Assembly: GCA_012026655.1 (NCBI GenBank)
Contig: JAAILG010003942.1
Span: 1-43,475 of the forward strand
Direction of reading: 5' to 3'
Source of the DNA: Hydrolagus affinis
Taxonomy: Eukaryota
DNA: 43,475 bases
Made by a program: the position numbers and the translations under genes. This document shows positions 11,841 to 23,384 of the stretch, one piece after another; position 1 is the stretch's first letter; each line of letters starts with the position of its first letter. Below the pieces are notes generated by a model. The model was not told the DNA's origin and ran no database searches. It saw only the letters and a program-made list of their open reading frames with translations.

Positions 11841-12082
11841 ATAGTAAACCATAATATTATATAATTGACTTCCAAATTTTGCCTGCAAAATATGCATAAT
11901 CCTGTTAAGTGTTTTGAGATGTCTCAACTATGTGTAAGGCAGGCAAATGCAAAGATTATTATTAATTAACATACGATTGGGACAGTGATAAAGAGAGATG
12001 GCTTATCGCAAGGGCACAACACATACACCAGATCCTCTTTGGATCAAGGTGTAATTTCATTGTACAGTATTTTGCTTTTCAG

Positions 12083-12167
12083 GCATTATTATAAAACTGG
12101 CATTCTGGACCGAGTCGACAGGAGGTTAATGTACAAGTTTGGAAGGAATGCTTATGGCTGGAGATAG
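12083..12167 (+). CDS. ELF5: ELF5 last coding exon
   Basis: TTGCTTTTCAG| then (R)[27 protein letters not shown]. Total spliced CDS is 747 nt (248 aa plus stop). Confidence 0.95.
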
Positions 12168-12744
12168 AAGACCTCCAACTACAACTTGAGTAAAGAGACA
12201 TTCAGTGTGTATTGGTACCATCTTCAGACCAGGCACAAATGGGTGGCAATGGTCGAACCTACCTCGGCTACCATCATACCGTCACCTACCATCGTATTTT
12301 CTACTTGAATGTTACACAGAGATGGAGTTGAACTCTATGGTTTCACTGTTATTATGAAGTTTCTCATGAAGAATATAGAGTATGAAGAACCCAAGTATTC
12401 AAAAAGTTGGTTATGAAGAGAATTTCAGGCATCCTATTTCAAGTTGTAAATACGATCATAGATACTTTGAACAGTCCAAATATAGCAGGTGTTAATACCT
12501 ACTAACAAATGCAAGGGTATTTCATACTTTGTTAGGTTATATTTTGGTTATTATTATTGTTATCTTCTGTTCATAACTTTCAGATTCCACAGTGCCTGTC
12601 TTTACGGTGTCCATGTGAGCAGAGTTTACATCACTGGATGGCTGGAGACTTCTCTGTCACATGGGTATTGCAGGAATGTACATTCTAAAATAGTAACATG
12701 TATGAATGCTACAAACTTTTTATAAATTACTTTTATTTTTAAGC

Positions 12745-12750
12745 AATAAA
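12745..12750 (+). terminator. ELF5: ELF5 polyadenylation signal
   Basis: AATAAA about 580 nt after the stop codon, with a T-rich stretch downstream. Confidence 0.6.
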
Positions 12751-12855
12751 AGCACTTTTTCCATCAAATAGAGTCTTCATTTCTATTTGTAATTTTGAGT
12801 AGCCATCTGCATTAACTTGTAGTTTTTAACATTAACTTGGAATCGCTATTCATCT

Positions 12856-13203
12856 GGAGTCCTGTACCTTCGTGATAAGAGCACGCGCCTCGCAAGTGAG
12901 AGGACCTGGGTTTGATTCCCAGGCAGGGTGAAACATTGGGTAAGTTTGCTTTCTCCACATGCCACTGTTCACCTGTCAGTAAGTAGGAACCTGGTTGTTA
13001 TTCAATTAGCGGATTGCTTTCTGGGGGGTAATAATCCATTTAAAAACAGGTGGTCACTCAATTTACTATAGTTTGTTCTGTGTGCAAATTAGCTGTCATG
13101 TTTGTCTACAAACTAGACAAAATACAAATCTTTTGTGCAGCTATTTAAGATGTCCTCCCCACATGAAAGACTCAACATCAAATGCAAGGATCTTTTTATT
13201 TAT
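12856..13203 (+). mobile_element. Full-length tRNA-derived SINE (long form)
   Basis: Same head and tail as the short form, plus a block of about 70 bp (CTGTTCACCTGTCAGTAAGTAGGAACC..., 12962-13030) shared with the 42938 copy. Confidence 0.85.
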
Positions 13204-14225
13204 CACCCACAGACCTAAACATTCTAACACTCATCACATTCAGGTGATTAATATTGTGGGAAGCAGAGGGCTCAGCACAAAGCTGGTGAAATGCCACTAA
13301 TCCGAGCTGTTACTGAAACCTTAGGTGTTTTTTTAAACAAATGAAGAAGCAAATGAACCACTTTTCCTGGTAACTACTTGCAGCTGGTGGTTAGCCACTG
13401 GGTACAGATATACTTCCTGGTCTTTGTCTTGCACTTCACAATGCTGAACCTGTGCCTGAACCTTGTTTTCCTGCTGCCCTTGTGATTCAGACAGTATTGT
13501 TCTGGCTTTACTGTTTCCCAATAATGCCCGCCTCCCACGTCTTTTTATTGAGGAAAGAAAGCTCCAACATAGCTAGTTATTGCCCCCAAGCGCATCCTTC
13601 TAACTCTAATGATCAAATCATCTCTACTGTGTCAGACTTCCTTATGATGTAGTGGCCTGGATTACAAAGTACTGCACATCAGATATGGCTTGATCAAAAA
13701 ATGGCAACCAACATTCAGCATGACTTTTGGGATTTGAACTATTTTGGTGTTGGTGGGGGGAATGCAGGACTCACATTTTTAAATGAGAAGGAACAACAGT
13801 GAGTTTCATGTAAAATAAAAAAAGCTTTTAAATATTTTATGCTTTCTGCAGAAATGTACACTCATCAACCACACATAAAGCAATGCTTCAGTGGTTGTAC
13901 TCATGCGCAGATGAAGAATTTAGTGGCAAATACAGTTCTGCGAAGTCTGTTTTGTCCACGAGATGGCAGAAACTTGTAAAAATGTAACCAGTGGAGGAAA
14001 TGGAGTGAGAGTTTCTAAGCATTCATTAACAACTTCACCGACAATTTGCATTTATCTAGAGCCCCTCGCTCAGGCGAAGGGTAGCATCCCATTCAGTTAG
14101 AACCGGCAAATGAATCCCAAAATGTAAGAAACAGGGAAACAATCAATCGTTTAAATTAGGAGAGAAAAAATATAAGATTAAATGAAAACTATAAAGGAAA
14201 GAACTAAAGAGTGTATAAATGATAA

Positions 14226-14332
14226 CAATAATAATAACCCTTGTATTTGATACAACGCTTTATAGATGTCTCGAAGCGCTTCACGGAATATACTGTAAAG
14301 TGAATTGACGGTATATTTTGTGGGCAAAATAT
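14226..14332 (-). mobile_element. SINE 3' fragment
   Basis: Reverse-complement tail CCCTTGTATTTGAT..GCGCTTCACGGAATATACTGTAAAGTGAATTGAC. Confidence 0.8.
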
Positions 14333-14480
14333 TTTGAAAGGCAGGCGCCATACAAATGCAACTTTGCTGTTGTTGTTGATTAGGAGTAATGAGGAAATAA
14401 AACAGAGTTGAACGAGAGGCAAATTTAACTCCATTGAACTAAACCAACAGAAAATGTTGCAGAACAGGGAGTATGCTGTC

Positions 14481-14664
14481 CACCTGGCCAGGCTAAGCGA
14501 GTGTCACTCACAGTTTGTTCTGTGGTTAAGTATATGTGTGGCTGTTAGCTTTTTCATGTTAAAGAGGCAGGTCACCACATCAGCTGTCACGACAGAGACT
14601 AGAAGAACCAGACGCAGTTCCTGTTATTTCAGACTTTGCTTCATGACCTGAAGCCGAGCAGATG
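14481..14664 (+). promoter_or_regulatory. RAG1: Candidate RAG1 promoter with E-box/Runx cluster
   Basis: CACCTG 14481, TGTGGTT 14521, ACCACA 14574, CAGCTG 14581 and CAGATG 14659, directly before a strong donor. E-protein and Runx control of RAG genes is established. Confidence 0.55.
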
Positions 14665-14699
14665 AGCGACTACTCTGAAAAGCACACTGCAAGAGCAAG
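14587..14699 (+). other. RAG1: RAG1 exon 1 (start approximate; may be partly coding from ATG 14662)
   Basis: Ends GAGCAAG|GTAACA, like the recalled end of human RAG1 exon 1 (GAGCAAG). It pairs with the acceptor CCTTTGGTAG| at 16212. Confidence 0.6.
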
Positions 14700-15167
14700 G
14701 TAACAGAGAAAAAGGCAATTTTATTAATCTTTCTTCAACTCCTGAATTAAATGTTATGCAGCGCAGCGCGTACAGTAGAAAAATTCCAATCAATATTCGT
14801 ATATCTTATTAGCCACACATCAATAAATGATGTGTGCCAATAGAATACTGCGCAAAATGAACCGATTAGATTTTTTCTTCCATATCTCTTTCATTTTGTA
14901 TGAAAATTATGTGGTTTAAATGAACACAATCGACTAGAGCACTCAGTGAACAAGAATGTTTAAACTGGGTTAGAATAATTTTATAACAATCTTAGACTTA
15001 TTTGCAAGAGTTTGCGGTTCCATTGTAAAACACTAGGATGTGATCTTCTGTCAGGAATGCTATATTGTTGTTGTAAACACCAAAGCCAGCAATAGTTTCT
15101 TGTGATGCATGATTTTTAGAGATGGAAGGGACATGGACATGTGACATGTACATGCGCAGATATAATA

Positions 15168-15340
15168 ATAATAATCCTTGCATTTGATATAACGCTTTTC
15201 ACATCTTCTAGACATCTCAAAGCACATCACAGAATGTATTGTAAAATGAATTGACTGTATATTTGTGGGCGAAACGCGGCAGCCAATTGCACACAGCAGT
15301 GTCCCACAAACAGTCGTGGATTGAAATGACCAATTTATTA
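15168..15340 (-). mobile_element. 5'-truncated SINE in RAG1 intron 1
   Basis: Reverse-complement match to the 3' half of the SINE family. Confidence 0.85.
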
Positions 15341-16231
15341 TTGTTTACAGTTACAGATAATTTTCGGAAGAGTTTAATTCCTGTTGCTTGCTTTTAATAG
15401 AACTTGGATGATTGTAAGCTGGAAGCAGATATATAAGATTGTAATCCACACAATGTTGACTGCATAGATATCATTTCATCCTTTTTACATATATTAGAAT
15501 AATTATAAATAATACAAACAAAACTGATGTGGTTTTTAATGCATGCTTTCTGAAGAATATGCCGTGGGGGGATAAAATCAAATTCCCCCATCTGAAAACT
15601 CAAGGAAAGTAGATTTGCTTAAATCTTTGCCTTTTGTCGCTATCTGTTGCTGGCTATCCTTTATATCTCACTGAAGCGGTTTGTAAATGACAGAGATTAC
15701 TTCACATCAAACATGTTGTGCTGTGCCAAGTTCAAAAGTGGTAACTGGGTAATTCCAATCACAGTACTCCTCCTACGCTCCAGTGTGTGCTAGATAAGCC
15801 CTCGGTATATGAGACATAAGATGTGCTGTTACTGGTTCAGGAGCTAGATGGTGCAGCTGCATCAGCTAATGCTTTTTTTCTTCCAAGAAACTCGTTGAAA
15901 TCCTGGTCAGCGTTAGTATGGAACATGACAGGCTGCTAAATACCATAATGAGTCACAGGCAAAATTATCTTCAGATAGTTATCTATATCTATATTCAACA
16001 GCAATATATTCAGGGGCAGGTGGGGAGGAAACACCCTGTTTTGGTGCATTGCAGAGTGAATCACAAAATTTGCTGCAATGGAGGTTTGCAGAATAGAATT
16101 CCCCGAGGATTTCAGGAATGAACGAGAGTGTGTTATAATGGGTAAAGCTTAAGTCTTGGAGCATTGTTACGCACTCGGTTTTAAATAGAGCGTCTTTTTA
16201 TGCCTTTGGTAGGTGTCAACATTTGAAACAA

Positions 16232-19200
16232 ATGGAGGTGCCATCGTGCAGTATGCCTGAAAAGGCGAGGTGCGCGGAAACCGTGCCTTTCAGAAAAATC
16301 GAATGGGAAGACAAGATGTCAAAGGCAAAATGTTACCCGATGGAGCCCTTGGTTACCATGGCTGCCCATAGCATGCAGTTTAAACCTTGTCTATCTCAAA
16401 CCCAGACAATGGGAACCATCCCTTTGGAGACCTTGCCTCTGGACAAGAAGACTTTGGAAGATAAGCTGCAATACAACAAGTTTGTTCAGATAGGCAAACC
16501 TTTGGAGTACACCCCAATGAATACTCAGCTCCCCGAATCCAACCAAGTGGAATCCAAATCCTTGGAAGACCACAGATTGCATTTGCAGAACCTCTGTCGC
16601 ATTTGCGGAGCTTCCTTTAACACCAGCCGCTACGACATGAAGTATGCAGTCAGTGGCTCAGTGGATGAAGTCACCCAAAAGGTTCTTCGGAAAATGGGAC
16701 ACGGGGATTGCTTTTGGCCGGAGCTCATCCATAACACATTCAAAGTAGACGTCAAGAGAGACATAGAGACCATCCACCCCACCCACTTCTGCCACAGCTG
16801 CTGGTGCATTGCCATTCAGACGATCAGTAATACAACCAATGAAGACGCGTTTTTTCCCATCAATAAATTTGTGCGCTGGAAGCCTCATTCCAACCACTGC
16901 GGAGTTTGCAACTCGTCGAAAGGAACTCACAAGAGAAAGGGTCTGGGAAGAAGTCCGCCGGTCCCCAAAAAGGCAAAGGTTGCCGTCGACCTCCCGATCA
17001 GACCGAAGGTCGTCAAAAGAAGAGATCAGAAGAACAACACAAGCATTCTGTTGGCTAAGAAAGTGGTCAACTGCAAGAAGCTCCATCTGAGTCCAAACCT
17101 CCTTGTGGATGTCTATCCCCGCCACTTTCTCCAGTCGGTCTCGTGTCAACTTTGTGATCATTTGCTTGCTGACCCTGTGCAATTACCGTGCATGCACCTG
17201 TCCTGCAGAACGTGCATTCTCAAATGTCTTGCAGTTCTCGGAAAGCATTGCCCGGTTTGCAGGTTTCCCTGTTGTTCGGCAGAGCTCACAAACCCCGTAA
17301 AATCTTTCTCTCACGTTCTGAACTCCCTTGTGGTAAAGTGCCCAATGGCAGACTGCAAAGAGCAGATGCGATTAGACGAATATTCCATCCATGCCCAAAC
17401 CCACAAAGAGACCACGGGAAAGTACGCTTACTCGCCAACAAACAAGGGCGGTCGGCCAAGGCTACACTTGTTGTCTTTAACTCGAAGAGCTCAAAAGCAT
17501 CGGCTGCGAGATCTCAAGCTTCACGTCAAAACTTTTGCCGAGAAAGAAGAGGGGGGCGACGTGAAGTCGGTTTGTCTCACTCTGTTTCTACTTGCGCTGA
17601 GAGCTACAAACGAACACAGACAGGCAGACGAGCTAGAGGCTGTAATGCAGGGAAGAGGATCAGGGTTGCTACCTGCAGTCTGCCTTGCCATTAGAGTCAA
17701 CACGTTCTTGAGTTGCAGTCAATACCATAAAATGTACAGGACGGTCAAAGCAACAACTGGGAAGCAGATCTTCCAGCCATTGCATTCGCTCCGAACTACA
17801 GAGAAAACTCTGTTGCCTGGTTATTTTCCATTCGAATGGCAGCCTCTACTGGAACATATCTCCACTAACACTGAAGTAGGAATAATAGATGGTCTGAGTT
17901 GTTGGCCGCAGTGTATTGACGATTATCCGATGGACACAATTTCCCGACGGTTTAGGTATGATGTGGCACTCGCCGCAACCATAAAAGATCTCGAAGAAGA
18001 CATCTTAGAAGGTCTGAAATCTCACGGTTTGGACGAGTGTGAGAGTGGGCCGTTCACCGTTGTGGTCAAGGAGGCCTGCGATGGAATGGGAGACGTCAGC
18101 GAGAAGCAAGGTTGCGGTCCAATTGTCCCGGAAAAGGCAGTGAGGTACTCCTTCACAATCATGAGTGTGAGTGTCATGGACCAAAACAATGAGAGCGTCA
18201 AGGTATTTGAAGAATTGAAGCCAAACTCTGAATTGTGCTGCAAACCTCTTTGCCTCATGCTGGCAGATGAATCTGATCATGAAATCCTGACAGCAGTGCT
18301 AGGGCCAGTCATCACCGAAAGGAAAGCCATGAAGGCAAGTCATTTAATCCTTGAAATTGGCGACTTGCTCAGGTCCTTTCGATTCATCTTCCGAGGCACA
18401 GGGTATGACGAGAAGTTTGTGCGTGAAGTGGAAGGACTCGAGGCCTCGGGTTCGGTCTACGTTTGCACTTTATGTGACTCCACTCGCAGCGAGGCCTCAG
18501 TGAATTTGACCCTCCATTCCATAACCAGGAGCCACACAGAAAACTGTGAGCGCTATGAAATTTGGCGCTCAAACCCATATCACGAGGCCCCTGAATTACT
18601 CCGCGATAGAGTGAAGGGCATCTCAGCCAAGCCTTTTATTGAAACTCAGCCCTCCATTGATGCCTTGCATTGCGATATTGGAAACGCAACAGAATTCTTC
18701 AAGCTCTTCCAAGATGAGATTGGGGAGCTCTACATAAACCCCAATCCGTCCAAAGAGGATAGGAAAAGGTGGCAAGTACTGCTCGATCAGCACCTGAGAA
18801 AGAGGATAAATCTGAAGCCTATCATGAGGATGAATGGAAACTTTGCCAGAAAACTGATGACCAAAGAAACCGTCGAAGCGGTGTGTGAATTAATTCCATC
18901 CGAGGAGAGGCGAGAAATTCTCAGAGAGCTCATTTCCCTTTACGTCCTGATGAAACCTGTGTGGCGCTCCACTTTTCCTATCAAGGAGTGCCCGGACCTT
19001 GTGTGCCAATACAGCTTTCATTCCCAAAGGTTTGCAGAATTGCTCTCTACAAAGTTCAAGCACAGATATGCAGGGAAGATCACAAACTACCTGCACAAGA
19101 CCTTGGCCCATGTTCCTGAGATCATCGAACGAGATGGCTCCATAGGCGCTTGGGCGAGCGAAGGGAACGAATCAGGCAACAAGCTATTCCGACGTTTTAG

Positions 19201-19399
19201 GAAAATGAATGCAAGGCAGTCTAAAAGCTATGAGCTGGAAGATATCCTGAAGCACCACTGGCTGTACACTTCCAAGTACTTGCAAAGGTTCATGAATCAA
19301 CACAACACACTGAAACAACCAGAGGCTGCTTCAACACCATTTGTCAGCAGCTCCCAAAATGATTCACCACCAGAGCCAGAAGTCTCCATTGATTTTTAA
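16232..19399 (+). CDS. RAG1: V(D)J recombination-activating protein 1 (1055 aa from ATG 16232)
   Basis: CRICG/CHSCW central domain, C3HC4 RING, C2H2 zinc finger, GGRPR nonamer-binding domain, and catalytic D617/D726/E980 (mouse D600/D708/E962). Uninterrupted ORF after the acceptor at 16212. Confidence 0.99.
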   Translation: MEVPSCSMPEKARCAETVPFRKIEWEDKMSKAKCYPMEPLVTMAAHSMQFKPCLSQTQTMGTIPLETLPLDKKTLEDKLQYNKFVQIGKPLEYTPMNTQLPESNQVESKSLEDHRLHLQNLCRICGASFNTSRYDMKYAVSGSVDEVTQKVLRKMGHGDCFWPELIHNTFKVDVKRDIETIHPTHFCHSCWCIAIQTISNTTNEDAFFPINKFVRWKPHSNHCGVCNSSKGTHKRKGLGRSPPVPKKAKVAVDLPIRPKVVKRRDQKNNTSILLAKKVVNCKKLHLSPNLLVDVYPRHFLQSVSCQLCDHLLADPVQLPCMHLSCRTCILKCLAVLGKHCPVCRFPCCSAELTNPVKSFSHVLNSLVVKCPMADCKEQMRLDEYSIHAQTHKETTGKYAYSPTNKGGRPRLHLLSLTRRAQKHRLRDLKLHVKTFAEKEEGGDVKSVCLTLFLLALRATNEHRQADELEAVMQGRGSGLLPAVCLAIRVNTFLSCSQYHKMYRTVKATTGKQIFQPLHSLRTTEKTLLPGYFPFEWQPLLEHISTNTEVGIIDGLSCWPQCIDDYPMDTISRRFRYDVALAATIKDLEEDILEGLKSHGLDECESGPFTVVVKEACDGMGDVSEKQGCGPIVPEKAVRYSFTIMSVSVMDQNNESVKVFEELKPNSELCCKPLCLMLADESDHEILTAVLGPVITERKAMKASHLILEIGDLLRSFRFIFRGTGYDEKFVREVEGLEASGSVYVCTLCDSTRSEASVNLTLHSITRSHTENCERYEIWRSNPYHEAPELLRDRVKGISAKPFIETQPSIDALHCDIGNATEFFKLFQDEIGELYINPNPSKEDRKRWQVLLDQHLRKRINLKPIMRMNGNFARKLMTKETVEAVCELIPSEERREILRELISLYVLMKPVWRSTFPIKECPDLVCQYSFHSQRFAELLSTKFKHRYAGKITNYLHKTLAHVPEIIERDGSIGAWASEGNESGNKLFRRFRKMNARQSKSYELEDILKHHWLYTSKYLQRFMNQHNTLKQPEAASTPFVSSSQNDSPPEPEVSIDF

Positions 19400-19732
19400 G
19401 TTTGGTCGTTGTGCTGAAATTGGTTCTACATATCTTTCTTTAACCACAGTTGACTGTGAATGTTGGGCTTATCATGGCCAAACTTTTTGGGTGGAGTTGG
19501 CATTGGTGAAAAGGCCCCAATAGCGAAATTGTGGTCTGTGTTGGATTGGCTCAGTGTAGAAAGATGTTTGAGGTGATCTAGCCTTTCAAGATTGTTTGTA
19601 GCTACGTTCAGAGATGGTGAGAATGTTAGGTGTAATTTAGACATATTACTTTTAGAAGAAGAGAAAAGATGGCAAGGCAACAGTTTGAGGAACAAGTGAT
19701 TTCTGTAACAGTTGAGTTAAACGGCAGGAATA

Positions 19733-19830
19733 CTTATAATAATCCTCGCATTTGACATAGCCCCTTTCACGTCAGAAGGACGTCTCAAAGCGCTGCGCAG
19801 GATTTGTTGTAAAGTGTGGTGACTGTATAT
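19733..19830 (-). mobile_element. SINE/L2 tail in the RAG1 3' UTR
   Basis: AATCCTCGCATTTGACATAGCCCCTTTCACGTC..CAAAGCGC. A second one lies at about 21690-21785 in the same orientation. Confidence 0.7.
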
Positions 19831-21951
19831 CAGCAGGTGCATTGTATTGAATGCATAATATGAAAGGATCAAAATGAACAATGGGACTTTGTTTATTGAG
19901 ATTTTCAATATCAGTTGACTCACACTGTTATTTTGATGTATTAATGCTTGCTCTGTGGGCTTACCCCCAAATTTAGCTTCAGTGGTTAGTGGGAGAATCC
20001 TTTAACTGTTTAGCCCTTTGGTATTTTGTGATGTGCAAAGCAGAGTAGGAGTGAATGCTTACTGCACTATTTTAAAGGAAAAAAACTGCAGTGAGTTTGA
20101 AAATGATTTGGACGATTTGTCAGAAGGTTTTGCCAATTTATCAACGAGGTCTTCGAGTCACGATCGCATAGCATTCGTTGGAGACAACAACAACAACATT
20201 TATATTTTGCCCATCACACTGGGTAGTGTCCCTGAGTTTCAATGTTGAATTGTTTCAGAGCTGCATACCAGCAAAATGGCCCATCAGCATATTTTATTTT
20301 GTCAGCATCTCTGTGTTATAGGTTGGTGGCTGTTGCATTCAAATATGAGTTGCAGTGTTTCTTTTTTTTTAATATATCAATAATGATAACTTTGTGTTCG
20401 TGTTACACCACTTACAGCTGTCTATTTTGTAACTTTATAAGTAATAGCAATGCACTTTTATAATGATTAATGTGTGCTATCTGCTGTAAAGCATAATATA
20501 ATATCGTATTTTGAATGGAGAGGCAACAAAGTGTTGAAAAGATTTCAAGGCTTTGACTTACGTTGAGGTTCAAAGAATAAAATAATCAAAAGGCAATGAT
20601 GAGACGCCTTGCATGATTTTGTACTGGGTGTTTCAATATCCGATTGTCATCGAGAACCCTGGCTCAGCGTACAGTGAATTGATATTTTACTGTAGTCACC
20701 ACTACCTACCTATTCATTGTCAAACCGGATACTTGTAAAACATAAATCACAATTTAGTGGTAACATGGATTTTTTTTTCATGCAGTGTCTAATTTAACTT
20801 GACTTTGCTTTGTATGAAAGTAAGTATTGATATACTAAATTCCACGATGAATGTACATCGCCTCATTTATTATTGGTTTGTTTATTAACCTTATAGTGCC
20901 AAGTGGCCAATTTCACAATCTGCTGCATTGCATCTCAGTCCTCATGATACAGTGGCAGTATGTAGTTAGTACAAAGATAAAGGAATTTTTGCAAAACTTT
21001 GTGCATTCAAGCAATATTTGTGCAAAGTAACAGACAAATTGAAACTTGTGTTACTTCATGAAAACAAAAAAGTTTTGAAGTGCTTTTTAACTTTTTAGGT
21101 TTTAAATAAAGGTAATCCCAAAGTGTAGCACAGACTATTTTAACACAATATACCGAGTTTAACCAGGCAAAGAATGGATTGTTTCACCTTTCTAAGTGAT
21201 GCATGGAAATGTAGTTAGGAGTGGATTATAACAGGAAATTGTAACCATTTTCTAGATTCACTAAAGCTATTTTATTGCGCAAAAGATTGTGCATCGATAT
21301 CTATACTGGCTTTGTTTACGCATCTTTTGTTTTTTCCTGCAAAACCATTGTACATAGCTTCTAAACTTTGAGATCACAGTGACATTTTTTGCTGTATATT
21401 GAGACGTAATCAACTTGAAAGCATTCATTTGTATTCACAAACAACAATCATTCTGATATTGTGAATTCATTCTGAATTTTTATTAATTTTGTGAGGGCTT
21501 AAAAATTTAATTGAATCAGTTATTTGCAATACTGTATACGTTATTTGCAATATTCTACTGGCTATTACATTAGAAGATGGTGGTATTTGCATTCACTGTA
21601 GTTGCAATTTTTATATTATGTTTCCAATGCCTACTTTTATAAAGGTTTGCCTGCCAAGTATATGTACAAAAAAACTGCAAATTAACTCTTACAATAGTGC
21701 TTTCATTTGATATAGTGCTTTATCACGTCATTGAGACGTTTCAAAGCGCTTCACACAATGTAATGTAAAGTTGATTGACTGCAAAGCAGGTTGGGTTGTA
21801 ACAATTCTTTGTGTTTAGGCATAAAAATGAATTTCAGTTGGAAAGTATCCTATTTGATTCAAGATGTTAATTGGTCTGCATTTTTGGTAATTCTGTTTAT
21901 TGCTTATGAATTTAGTCAACTCTTTTGATGTACAGTATTTTTGTTTTCAAA

Positions 21952-21957
21952 AATAAA
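21952..21957 (+). terminator. RAG1: Candidate RAG1 polyadenylation signal
   Basis: AATAAA followed by TG/T-rich sequence; implies a 3' UTR of about 2.6 kb. Other AATAAA hexamers also exist (for example 23274). Confidence 0.45.
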
Positions 21958-23384
21958 CATTTGAGACTTCTAAACATTTGATTTTGTGCAATCTGTGATT
22001 TACAACACTCTTTAAACGTATTGTTTCAATTACATAGGTTTTCTGTTTCTAATTCAGAATTCAGGGAGCAACAACAACAACAATTTGCACTTGTAATGTG
22101 CCCCCTCACACACAAAACCCTATGATTTCATACTCAACTGGGCCCTTTATTGAGAGAAACACCAAGTTGCAGCTGGGTATCTTTCCACAGAGAGAGAAGA
22201 TAAATCACTTTTACTTTCCTAACAATTTGTTTGAAGTGGGATTGGCAGTGGTAAACTCTGGGACCATCCACCTGGGAATAATGTGGGTGGAATTTAAAGG
22301 AGGGGAGAAAATATCCTTAAAACAGAGCGGAAAACATATTTGAAAATGAAATGAGATTGCTAGCAACCTGGGTCCCTTAGTTATGAGTGAATTATAAATA
22401 TGAGGAGGTATCATTTGTTTTTACCATTGGTCAAAAACAGTATGAAAGGCTTCTCCTTAAAGACACGACTGAAATAAGTTTGGTTCATCTGCAGTACTGA
22501 CGACATTTGCCTGATACATCTCCATTAGATGTATAACCTGAGGCATGGTTGGCAGCTTGTCATTATTGTGATGTATCTTTATGGGTAAGCAATTGCTGCA
22601 TGCTGTTAGGACCACAAGTGAAATGAATTTGGAAATAGCTTATCTACGGGATTGTGTCCAACCCAAATCTCTGCAATTTAATATCCATAATATTAGGCTA
22701 AAGTCTGTTTCAGGGCTGTGTGGAGGAGGATTACCTTGGTTGCCGAGCAGAAGCATCCACAAGTGAAATGAGTTTCTGTCAATCCCTTGTTTTATCTCAC
22801 AGCAGGAATGATTCCTTCACTTTAAGACACCCGAAATGCATTGCAGCTTCAGTGCACAGATGTTCGGAGCTCATAACAATCTCAGTTTGAGCATTGCAAT
22901 GGGATTGCTAAAAGGCATTCCCCTTTCACAGTGCAAGCTATGAATTGATTAGTCCCTAAACCGGCTTTCCCATTAACTGCCAGAAATGTGATGGCATCCA
23001 TTTTTCACAACTGAAACAGTCATTACGAGTCTCCAAAACTTTAAAGAAGTTCATAATTTATGGATTTTCTCCCATGACATTACAACACAGGAAAACAAGG
23101 AAGAAGAGGAAGCATCGAGCTCACTTTGAATAGTGATCTCTACACTTGATCTGTAATCTTTATTTCAGCGCTTTGGGACGTCCTCCTGACGTGAAAGGTG
23201 CTATGCAAATGTAATTTTCTTGTTTTTATTCTAGCATTCCAAACAAACAATTGAATTATTCTTTCACTCGGCTAATAAAGAGTCAGAGTCGGTAGGGATG
23301 TAAAAACAATGCTTAAACTAACATTTGTAAATAGAAACCAGTTTAAAAGAATTCATCCTTGCAAGGTGGTACATTTTACAACAT

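Noticed and set aside
6502-12167. Calling the ETS gene EHF or ELF3
   Set aside because: WLQFCCDQ in the PNT domain, [16 protein letters not shown] and YYKTGIL(D/E)RVDRRL are ELF5-type.
16223-16231. ORF-track starts at TTG for RAG1 (16223) and RAG2 (25758)
   Set aside because: Non-ATG calls. The RAG2 extension crosses the splice acceptor, and RAG1 has better ATG options at 16232 or 14662.
16391-19111. Overlapping and antisense ORFs within RAG1 (for example 174 aa and 168 aa) and within RAG2
   Set aside because: Shadow frames of coding DNA with no recognisable motifs.
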